A stretch of DNA of 62,419 bases, the filler included, from Aduncisulcus paluster (taxonomy: Eukaryota): NCBI GenBank assembly GCA_024181965.1. It is 4 parts of 4 records of this genome, joined end to end, with 100 filler letters (N's around TTAATTAATTAA, not from the genome) between each part and the next. Parts side by side here need not be neighbours in the genome. Positions count along the whole stretch, not along the records: positions 1 to 27,538 come from BQXS01012651.1; positions 27,639 to 40,899 come from BQXS01012653.1; 2 more parts are not named here. One strand, 5' to 3'. Within the stretch, counting starts at the first letter, position 1; each line of letters starts with the position of its first letter. The notes beneath the pieces were generated by a model that was given only the letters and a program-made list of their open reading frames with translations, was not told where the DNA came from and did not search any database. A program made the position numbers and the translations under genes. Below, piece by piece: positions 26,001 through 36,253 of this stretch.

Positions 26001-27538
26001 TCATATCACAATGCAGAGAGTGGAGGTGCCCGTAAAGGTGGAAGTGGGGTTTGTGGGCTTGGAATATGGATCTGTGAATCCGTGTGCATGAGTATTGTCC
26101 ACCCAGATTCATTTATAGAACAAGAAGAGGAGGAACAGCAGGAAGAAGAAGAGGAGAAGGAAGAGAATGAGAAGGAAGAGGAGGAGGAAAAGGAAGAGGA
26201 GGAGGAAAAGGAAGAGAAGGATGCCACAGCTGATAGTATACCAATATCTTGTAAAAAATATCCTACTTCAACTTCTGCTGCTCTCGTTTCGACCATAATT
26301 GATGTTCAGACTCCCAAAGATAAGTATTTTGCTATTGAAGCCAACTCCGATAAAAAATCTCCTTCTAAAAAACATAAGAAACCTCAAACAACACAAGATA
26401 AAGATCATAATTCTAAAGCAGAAGAGGAGAATTCTCTGATTTCAATCACAGCTTCTTCACCATCTGTTCCTTCCTCTTCATCCAAACATGAAAATGCGAC
26501 TTCAACATCGTTGTCCGATCTCTTCTCTTCCGGACAATCAGGAATTTATCTCCAACCTCGCAAGAGTCACGGTGAGAAACATCACGGTGAGAAACATCAC
26601 GGTGAGAAACCTGAGTCCCCACATTCAAAGAAATCATTGGTGCGTGTTAGGAAAAAGAAGAGGGAAAAGAAAGGAAACACGGATCAGCCAGCTCAAGACA
26701 TATTAGGTTCAAATAACTATTCTAGAAAGGATTCAGAGTTCAAGATCCATGATCCAGAGTTCAAGATTCATGCCATTGATATTGGTCTTATTCCTCTCGA
26801 TCGTTTGCTAAGTGGAAAGATATGCACTCGCCCTGTTCAAGATATTTTGGTTTCAGATAAGCCTGAAAAAGATCATAAATGTAAACAACGAGGGAAAGAG
26901 GCACATCCAGTTGGTGATCAAGAATTCAAGGCCAAGATTCCTGCTATTCCTGATCAATTCATAGGTTTTATTGACCCAGCAAATCTTATGATTGACTATA
27001 TATCATCTGACAGAAAGATGAAGAAGAAGAGGAAAGAGATGGACAGATTATGTCTTGAGAAAGAGATTGAAACCGCATTAAAGGTGAAAGAGGAAGGAGA
27101 GAAACAGAAAGAAAGGATCCGAAAATTAGAAGAAAAAGAAGAGAAACGGGCTTTGAGACTTCGATTGGATTGTAAGATTAAGGAACAAAAAGTAGAGGAA
27201 GAGATGGACAGACTGATGAGAAAGAAAGAGATCGAAGCCGCATTAAAGGCGAAGGAAAAGGAAATAGAAGAGAAGAAACAGGAAAAAGTTGAAGATACTT
27301 CTGGAATATGTTTTAATGAAGTTTTTGCACACAAAGAAACTCAATTAGAGTGTGAAAGAAGGATATTGGCTGAAAGAAAGTTGAAATGGGAAGAGCAACA
27401 GAAGAAAGAGGAAATGAGACGATATGAAATTGAAGGAGAGAGAAGAGATGGTCACACAGTGGCGCAAGATATCGAAGAGGAAGCAAAGATGCGTCAATTA
27501 CAACATGTATCTCTCTCTCCTTCTCAAGTTCTAATTAT
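17009..27538 (+). CDS. Giant hypothetical protein (>3000 aa after collapsing duplications), 3'-truncated at the scaffold end; central alpha-solenoid-like part and charged C-terminal coiled coil
   Basis: ORFs 17009-19486, 19489-24654 and 24678-27590 share overlapping duplicated segments and collapse into one frame; open into the linker. Confidence 0.75.
23666..25052 (+). repeat. Triple near-exact copy of a 440-475 nt segment
   Basis: ccccaaatatcaacag recurs at ~23667, ~24105 and ~24578 (offsets 438 and 473). Confidence 0.95.
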
Positions 27539-27638
27539 NNNNNNNNNNNNNNNNNNNNNNNNNNNNNNNNNNNNNNNNNNNNTTAATTAATTAANNNNNN
27601 NNNNNNNNNNNNNNNNNNNNNNNNNNNNNNNNNNNNNN
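27539..27638. other. Artificial scaffold linker
   Basis: N-run + TTAATTAATTAA (stops in all six frames) + N-run, 100 nt. Confidence 0.97.
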
Positions 27639-28586
27639 GAATTCATTGCCGAGTTCGACAGTCTTTGTGACGAGATCCCTACTTTCTTTGCCATTGCTTG
27701 CAAGGCCGAGGTCGATCAGTATGGACCAACCATCTACCAAGACCTTCAGAACGATTTGGAGCCTGACACCATCTGTGATGGAATCCACATGTGCCACGAG
27801 TCTTTGGTTGCCCCCGTTGAGGGTTCTGTTGAGTGCATTGCCTGTAAACAAATTGTTCAAACCATCGAGGACAAATATGTTGACGGTATGCTTTACGATG
27901 ACCTTTACGACCTTGTGATCGAGGAATGTGACAAGCTCCCAGAATGGATTGCCGTCGTGTGCGATTCTGAGGTTGATTACTACCTCCCACAGATGTGGAC
28001 TATGCTTGTTGATGATCACATTGAGCCCCAAGAAATGTGTGCTCTTCTTGGTCAATGCAAGAAGTCTGCTGCCCCCAAGGGCAATGACGTCACATGTGAA
28101 GTGTGCGAGATCATTGTTGATGCTGTTGAGGACGCCTGGTTACCCAACATCACCTACCAAGAACTCTACAACACTATCATGAACGACACTTGCCGTAAGC
28201 TCCCTCACGTCCTTGAGATTGCCTGTGAAGCTGAGGTTGATGAGTACTTGCCCGAGATCTACTCCATGATGCAGAATGCTGTTGCCTCTAGCACTATCTG
28301 TGGTTTACTCACCCTCTGTGAGTCTACTGCTGCTCCCGTTGAGTCCTCCTTCGAGTGTGACCTTTGTGAGTTCCTTGTGACCGAGCTTGAGGAGCGTTTC
28401 CTTCCTTCCATGACCGAAGAGGAATTCATTGCCGAGTTCGACAGTCTTTGTGACGAGATCCCTACTTTCTTTGCCATTGCTTGCAAGGCCGAGGTCGATC
28501 AGTATGGACCAACCATCTACCAAGACCTTCAGAATGGTTTGGAGCCTGACACCATCTGTGATGAGATCCACATGTGTTCTTACTGA
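27639..28586 (+). CDS. Saposin B-type (SAPLIP) multidomain polyprotein, 5'-truncated; at least 4 domains
   Basis: Repeated C-x2-C...C...C...C-x5-C saposin pattern (CIAC, CEVC, CDLC; TICDEIHMC); frame open from GAA at 27639. Confidence 0.9.
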   Translation, partial: EFIAEFDSLCDEIPTFFAIACKAEVDQYGPTIYQDLQNDLEPDTICDGIHMCHESLVAPVEGSVECIACKQIVQTIEDKYVDGMLYDDLYDLVIEECDKLPEWIAVVCDSEVDYYLPQMWTMLVDDHIEPQEMCALLGQCKKSAAPKGNDVTCEVCEIIVDAVEDAWLPNITYQELYNTIMNDTCRKLPHVLEIACEAEVDEYLPEIYSMMQNAVASSTICGLLTLCESTAAPVESSFECDLCEFLVTELEERFLPSMTEEEFIAEFDSLCDEIPTFFAIACKAEVDQYGPTIYQDLQNGLEPDTICDEIHMCSY

Positions 28587-28712
28587 TTTTCACGGATTTA
28601 TTAATATATATTATATTTAATCCTCAAACTATTTCAAACCTTGACTGACAACGGTTTGACCTTTTCTTAATAAATAATTTCATCTCTAAATCAGAGACCC
28701 CGAGTCTCTGCT

Positions 28713-29106
28713 AAGTCCCATAAATCATTGACTTCGTATGAGAAATCAATGATTTCTTTTGGTAGTCCCAATTTTGGCAACTCTTGTTACCTCAATTCTG
28801 CTGTAATATGTCTTAAAACAATGCGAGATATTATCCTGCCCTTATTTAAAAGAGGATTTCATGGGTATGCAAAGATTGAGCCTTTATATCTTCATTTAAA
28901 AGGTGACATTGTCACTGACAATCTTACTAAGGCTGTTATTTCCATTATCAAGCACATGCTTTTTGGAAAGAAGAAAAAGACGGATTTATTGTTTGACACC
29001 GAGGAACAGACATGTAAAGAGAAAAAAGAACACCAAAAAGAAATATCTGACCAAGAAATTCCAAAACCTTCAACTCTTGTTCCCATCAAGAAAAAGTCAA
29101 AGGGAG
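28713..29106 (+). pseudogene. Truncated duplicate of the 5' part of the USP gene (36281-36662) with a 12-nt insertion
   Basis: Matches 36281-36662 by eye apart from the ttgtcactgaca insertion; lacks the parental start codon and the His box. Confidence 0.9.
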
Positions 29107-29504
29107 ATATCAACCTTCAAACGTCAAGTTTGTTAAAGTTGAACTAGGTTGAAATATTGACCAATAACAAATTGTTTGGTACAGGTGACAAATAAATTCA
29201 TTAAAGAAGAGGTTTGTGTGACACTCAACGGATCATGCAACATGTAACTATGTTGGTTATAAACTTAACCAGCGTGCAATATGTGATCTGATATGTCAAT
29301 TTCACAACAGAATAGCTATACTGGACCAACGTAGGTACACAAACACTCTCATGTATGTTCTAAAACACTAGACTGAAGAAAAGTACAAAAATACCTCTTT
29401 TGTTGAGTCAAGATCATTCAATTTACGCCATGTCTCAAGGACAATCATCCAATAAAAACCTTAAAGTCGGGATTATATACCCTTCAATTATTACAATACA
29501 TCAA

Positions 29505-32500
29505 TCATAACTCATCAAGGATTTCATCGTCTACGTGAACATCACGAGCAACGATGCGATCAATAAGAATACATTGGGCATGAATAGAATCGTTCAATTG
29601 TTTTTGTGTATCTGTCACAACCTTTACAATAGATTTTATAATATCACATGCCTCATCACGAACTTCTGACACCACTTTACGGCCACTTCTAACAACTTGA
29701 AGAATATCATTGGTCAGAGTTGAGATGTCAACAGATTGCTTTGTTAGTGCACTCCCAGGACCCGATGACACAGTATCTGACGAGTGAGACACTGATAATG
29801 AGTGTAACGTTGGAACAGAATCAGAAGAGGAGGCAGAAATGGAACCAAGAACCATGATAATCTTTCTAATGACAGCATCAAACCGAGCACATCCACCAAG
29901 CACACATTGTGACAAAGAAGTGAGTAACAAGAGCGGGGAGGAAGTCAAAGAGCTCTCGTGACTAACAGAAGAGGATAATGAATGGAAACTGGTGATTAGA
30001 TTCGAAGATGAGAGCGGTAACATACTCAACAATTCTTGAGCTACATCTTTCTTTCCTTTTTCAAATGATTTTCTAACGACTAAATCACTCCCAACGTCCA
30101 TATCTGACCCTTCTGAATTAAGATCCCAGACACTTGCACTCACACCTAAGGGTAACATTCCACTTGCTACATGGACACCGCCTGTGATGGATGTGATATG
30201 ACACAACAGAGAGTATATCATCCTCTCGGCGGCCTCTAAACACCCACAGAGCTCCATGGTTTGGGTACGAGTATGTGAGAGATGTGAAAATACACTAGAG
30301 AGTTTCTTTTTAGATAATCTTGAATGTGTCTTGAATGAACTTGTCATTTCTTTCAGATTCGTGTACAAAGTATCTGCAAACGACGTGGTACTGGAAAGAT
30401 TTGCAGATAAAACTTGGTTGGATTCACGCAAGTCAGAAACAGTCCCCAGATGATGGTCCTTTTCAAGCTTGAGACGAACGATATCGTCAGACAAGGAAGA
30501 CACCTGTTCCTCAAGATTTGAGATAATTGATTGCTGATTAACGATGACATCGGTTTTCTTGCCCTCCTCGTCTTTTATGGTGTCAAGCAAAAAGGATTGA
30601 GACCGTGACTTCTCATCTTCGATTGAGGCAGCCTTCTTTGAAGATGACAAGATCTCATCCAAACGCTGTTGGAGATCCAACACGCGTTGGGCATTCCTCT
30701 CCGATTCCTTTCTCTCTAGCTCACGTTGGGCGATATCTTCGAGTTGTTTCTCAGACATGACTTTCTCACGGTCGCAACGTTCTTTATATAGAATTTCTTC
30801 AAGCTCACGACGTTTTGCCTCTTCGTTTCTTCGTTTTTCTTCCTCCGAGCGGCGCAAGGCTTCTTCCTCTCGAAGCTGAACCTCAGTGGCTTTGCGTTGC
30901 TGTTCAGCCTTCTCTTTTCGAAGAACAATTTCTCTCCTCTTCTTCTCTTCCTCTCTTCGTTTTTCCTCCTCTTCTCTTCTCCGCAACTCCTCTTCTCTCC
31001 TCTTCTCTTCCTCTTCTCTTCTTTTCCTTTCCTCGTCTTTCAACAGCCCTTCAACATCTCTGACACGATCCTCAAGCTCAGAACAACGGTCAGTTTCCTC
31101 AGTCAGTTGCTTCCGAAGATCGGCCAGATCAGATTCCAGCCGGGAATATTTTAGTTGATAACCTTTATGCTCAAATTCGGAATCACGATATTGTTTCCGC
31201 TCTTCTTCCATTTTCTCTCGCTCAACTACAAGCTCAGATTCGACAATGCTTTTTGCTTCTTCGAGGTCTTTCAGTTTTTTTGCTTGCTCCTCAATCTCCG
31301 CAATTCTACTCTCTAGCTCTTCTTTTCTCTTTCTCTCTTCCTCTTCTCTTTCTTTTCTTAACCTTTCCTCTTCTTCTTTTTCTTTTAATATTCTTACTTC
31401 TTCCTCTCTTCTTCTTTTCTCTTCTTCTTGTTGTTCTTGCTCTTTTCTTAACTTTTCTTCTTCTTCTTTCATTCTTTTCTCTTCTTCTTCTTTTCTTAAT
31501 TTTTCTTCTTCTTCTTCTTTCATTCTTTTTTCTTCCTCTCTTCTCTTCCTTTCTTCTTCTTCTTCTCTTTCTTTTCTCATCTCTTCCTCTTCTTCCTCTC
31601 TTCTCTTCCTTTCTTCTTCTTCTCTCAATAACTCTTCGATTCTTCCTTTGTATATTCCCATCTCTTCCGTCATTCGCTTAACTTCTTCTTCATATGCATT
31701 TCTTTGTTCTTCAATTTGTTTTGAGGCTTTTTCAACAGTGTCAGAAAGATGTTTAGTTTCTTCTTGAAGGGAAATAATGAGAGAATCCATCTTAATCTCC
31801 TTGACCTGCCATTTGGACGTTTCTCCTTCAAGGGTTGTCCTCATAGATGAAATGGACATTTTACACCGTTCTTCTTTCTCCTTAAGCTCTGATTCTTTCT
31901 CCTTAAGCTCTGATTCTTTCTCGACGAGTAATTCTTCAATNNNNNNNNNNNNNNNNNNNNTGATACAATTTTACTTGTCTCCACTCCTACGTTTTCCAGT
32001 CTGAGGCATCAGTGGTTGTGTGCAGATGTCGATAATCTCATCAGGATCACCAAGAAGGTCCTCGGGGTTCATGGTACTACTAATGGCCCATTTATATCGA
32101 CAGTCGTCTCCATGAGGGGCCATCTTTACCATTTCCACTTTACCCTTTTCAATTTTCCCGAATAAAATATTGCGCTTGCAGACCATACACCCGATCTTCA
32201 ATCGGGCTCTCTTCACCTCTGTCTGGATAGAGAGATTCCAGTGAGGCAGTCTCTTCAGTAGGGTGGCTTTCAACCGGGCTTTAGAGCCCCAGCTACCTAT
32301 AATTGTGGACACGGGGGGAGGGGGTAATAGGCGACTGGGCATGGACATTCATCCAGGGGTTTCTAACAAAGAAATATAGTCGAAATAAATAAGGTTAACT
32401 ATACCAAAAGAATAAAAACAATAGTATATAACAACAAACTCAAACATACCTTACACTTTAACAATGTGTAGTGCCCTAGCTCTGGCGTAATCATATCTAG

Positions 32501-35500
32501 GACACACCACATGACAGACTTATAACCAGGGTTATAAGCCTTAATCCCCGTCTCTTCTATTACCACGAAGCAGGTCTGGCTCAGGTGAGACAACCCCATC
32601 AGCTCATCGTATCCCGACTTGAAATCCTCCGAGCGAAGGTCATGCCATTTGATATACCCTCTTAGAAAGCATGNNNNNNNNNNNNNNNNNNNNTTCTTAA
32701 CCTTTCCTCTTCTTCTTTTTCTTTTAATATTCTTACTTCTTCCTCTCTTCTTCTTTTCTCTTCTTCTTGTTGTTCTTGCTCTTTTCTTAACTTTTCTTCT
32801 TCTTCTTCTTTCATTCTTTTCTCTTCTTCTTCTTTTCTTAATTTTTCTTCTTCTTCTTCTTTCATTCTTTTTTCTTCCTCTCTTCTCTTCCTTTCTTCTT
32901 CTTCTTCTCTTTCTTTTCTCATCTCTTCCTCTTCTTCCTCTCTTCTCTTCCTTTCTTCTTCTTCTTCTCTTTCTTTTCTCATCTCTTCCTCTTCTTCCTC
33001 TCTTCTCTTCCTTTCTTCTTCTTCTTCTCTTTCTTTTCTCATCTCTTCCTCTTCTTCCTCTCTTCTCTTCCTTTCTTCTTCTTCTCTCAATAACTCTTCG
33101 ATTCTTCCTTTGTATATTCCCATCTCTTCCGTCATTCGCTTAACTTCTTCTTCATATGCATTTCTTTGTTCTTCAATTTGTTTTGAGGCTTTTTCAACAG
33201 TGTCAGAAAGATGTTTAGTTTCTTCTTGAAGGGAAATAATGAGAGAATCCATCTTAATCTCCTTGACCTGCCATTTGGACGTTTCTCCTTCAAGGGTTGT
33301 CCTCATAGATGAAATGGACATTTTACACCGTTCTTCTTTCTCCTTAAGCTCTGATTCTTTCTCCTTAAGCTCTGATTCTTTCTCGACGAGTAATTCTTCA
33401 ATTAACACAATCTTTTCTTCAAGTTCTTTCTTCTCTTCCTCTCGCTTCCTCTCTTCTTCCTCTCGTTTCCTCTCTTCTTCCTCTCGCTTCTCTTCCTCTT
33501 CCTCTTCTCGCAACTTCTCTTCCTCTTCTCGCAACTTCTCTTCTGCTCGTTTTAGTTCTTCTTCGTCAAATAAGGAAGAAGAGGATAATTCCGATGAAGA
33601 AGGTGATTCAGAACGTACTTCAGAAGCAACAGTCAGTGATGAACTGTTGCGAAGAGGGAGAGAAGAAACATGGGAATACTGACTTGAATTATTATTATGA
33701 ATGGAAGATTTTCCATCCTCATGGCTGATATCAACAGGAAGCTCAAGACCAGTTTTAGAACCATCTCTCACTTTATCTGGAGGGATCATTGCCAGAAGCT
33801 TAGCCTTCTCAACTGCCCAAGCTTCTTGCATTTCTTTGAATTTATCTTCAAGGGTGCGTTTGTTCACTCTTTCTTTGGCTAATTCTTTGACACATTCGCC
33901 ACGTTCGTCCTCTTCATTGAGAAGGNNNNNNNNNNNNNNNNNNNNTATCAACAGGAAGCTCAAGACCAGTTTTAGAACCATCTCTCACTTTATCTGGAGG
34001 GATCATTGCCAGAAGCTTAGCCTTCTCAACTGCCCAAGCTTCTTGCATTTCTTTGAATTTATCTTCAAGGGTGCGTTTGTTCACTCTTTCTTTGGCTAAT
34101 TCTTTGACACATTCGCCACGTTCGTCCTCTTCATTGAGAAGGCGGGCAGCCAGATCCTTACCTGTCTGTCTGAGTCTCCCATTCTCATCAGTGAGTGAAA
34201 CAATATCCTGTTGGAGCTTCATGATCTCTTCTTGGAGAGCCTTAATATCTTCATCATCACTGGTTATGTTGGATGCAGCGTTCTCTTTTAATGATTCGAT
34301 TTGATGCTCCAATTCTGTTTTTTCCAAAAGACAGTGTTCCAATTCTGTCTTGAGCGAGGTATTATCATCCTTAGCTTGTGTGAGTGCCTCTTGGAGAGAA
34401 TGAGTGTCTTGCAAGAGAAGAGCAATGATATCATGGGCACTGTGTTGTTTAAGGAGACCTTGGGCGGAGGCTAGGGATGTAATGTGCGGAGAGACAGTGG
34501 ATATATCCTTGTGTTCACCTTCAAGAAAGGGGAATGGAATTTCAGAGGGGATAGAATCCTGGGAAACAGTTGAAGCGTCAGGTTTGTTCGTCTCTCCACT
34601 AAGCTCCTCTTTCTTCTCTTCAATGGTCGAAAGGAGAGAAGAAGAAGAAGAGAAAGATGAGCCTTTCACCCGAATTTCACTAACGACACCATCGTCACTC
34701 ATACGTCTATCGAGATCAGACTTATCTAGTTCTTCCTTCATATTCTCTGGCTCAGCAGCCACCATTCCCATTCTCTGATGCTCAAGCTTCTCTTTCTCCT
34801 GAGCAATAAGTCTCCTTCGTAATTCATTAACAAGACGAAGAAGACGCTCATTAACAATTGTTGAGCTTTCGTCCCGATAATCTTTGGGAGGGTTCGGACT
34901 GTGGTGTGATACTGTCATGACAACTCCTTCAGTAGATAGACCATCCACAGACTGAATTGAACTCATTGTCACACCTTTCCTCGGTTCTTTCCTTGAAGGT
35001 TGAAGAGGTGGAATATCTGACCTATGCGATGAGGAAGCTGACATTCGCTGGTCAATGGCAGATGAGGAAAGGGGTTGTTGTCCAGAAGTAGCGTGAATAG
35101 AAGTTGGAGAAACAAACCCACTGTTGTCAATGCCCATATCTCCATGGCTGATACTGTGAATGGGAGTACCAGAGTGATGGCTGGAACCCATAACAATAGC
35201 GCTATGGGGGTGAACAGAACGGGATGGAGAGGGCGATGGAGGAGAAAGGGAAGGATTGCGCATGAAATATGGGGAAGAGGGCGGAGGGATATGAGTTATG
35301 GGGGTTATAATATCTGATTGAGTTTCAACTGGATGCAATCCATCCATCTGGATAGCATAATGACTATTCGCTGCCAGTCTCACATCATCTAGAGAAGATG
35401 ATGGGACTTGATGAGAGCGAGGGTCATGTTGTTGGGGTCTGACTTCAATATATGGGTGATGCTCAGCAGACTCAATGTGAGAGGGCTGAGAAGGTTTGGA

Positions 35501-35914
35501 ATGCTGTTTTCTTCCCCTTTTAAACCTTTGTCGCATCCTTTCAACACTCTCTCTATGATCGTCAGATCTTCTTTGACCAGTTTGACTATGTCCCGAATAA
35601 ATATTATCACCACGATTTTGATGGGAAATTGAATCAAGAAATGCGGGAGGAATTGATGTTGGAATGAGAGATGGACGGGATTTGATTGGTTTTGATTGTT
35701 CAATGGGGATTTGAGATGAATAATAGGTTGTTGAAGGGGGTTGTACATATTTTTGAGATTGACGGGTTATTTTCCGTTTTTTTACATATGTTGTTGGTTT
35801 TTTAGCTCTTTTTGATTGTATTTTCTTCTGTTGTTGAGCAGTGGCTTGCTGTACAGCTTGATGGAGAGCTTCAAAGTAAGGAGCATGTGAAATAGGTTCT
35901 TTAACTTTTCTCAT
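29505..35914 (-). CDS. Large coiled-coil, E/K/R-rich protein (~1600 aa) split by three gaps
   Basis: ORFs 33914-35929, 32662-33981 and 29505-31859 overlap via duplicated gap flanks and collapse in frame. Confidence 0.8.
31961..32673 (-). mobile_element. Foreign 713-nt contig between two gaps; possible Mutator-like (MuDR/WRKY-GCM1-type zinc DNA-binding domain) element fragment
   Basis: Unrelated to the flanking gene; ORF 31971-32348 has G.W.SK..LK..L...CMVC...H.DDC; intron-like segment at 32363-32449. Confidence 0.3.
32867..33086 (-). repeat. 60-nt coding tandem repeat (REEEEERKRREEEEEEMRKE)
   Basis: Sequence lines at 32881, 32941 and 33001 are identical. Confidence 0.95.
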
Positions 35915-36253
35915 AATATAATATATCAATAATAATGCTTTGGACTCGAGTCACCGGGGCCAGAAGACTTTTTTTTTGTTTGGCAAGTATTCTTTGTTAG
36001 GCAAGGAAAACCAAAGGACTTTTATTCTTAATTCTGCTTAAAAGGAACTCTAATACTTTAATTTCCCATTATTTTTGTAGTAATACAACATTCTTCAGAA
36101 GAATCTTTCTAACACGAAACCTAGTGTGTAATTCACAGTAAAAATATTCATATCAAGGTATAAATTATGTTTTTAGTTTTTTCATCGTCATAACGCTGAT
36201 TTTCTTTCCATTTTTAAAATTGAAATTGAAATCTTCTGGTTTGTGGGGATGGA

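Noticed and set aside
27583..27594. TTAATTAATTAA motif recurring three times
   Set aside because: Always centred in a 100-nt N linker, so it is an artificial join; no synteny should be inferred across these points.
27591..28571. Antisense ORFs over the saposin gene, and many short overlapping ORFs elsewhere
   Set aside because: Shadows of codon bias and low-complexity E/K/S coding on the opposite strand or frame.
29107..29147. Hairpin plus CTAG as a Helitron 3' end capturing the USP fragment
   Set aside because: Weak 5-bp stem, CTAG is followed by G rather than T, and there is no Rep/helicase evidence.
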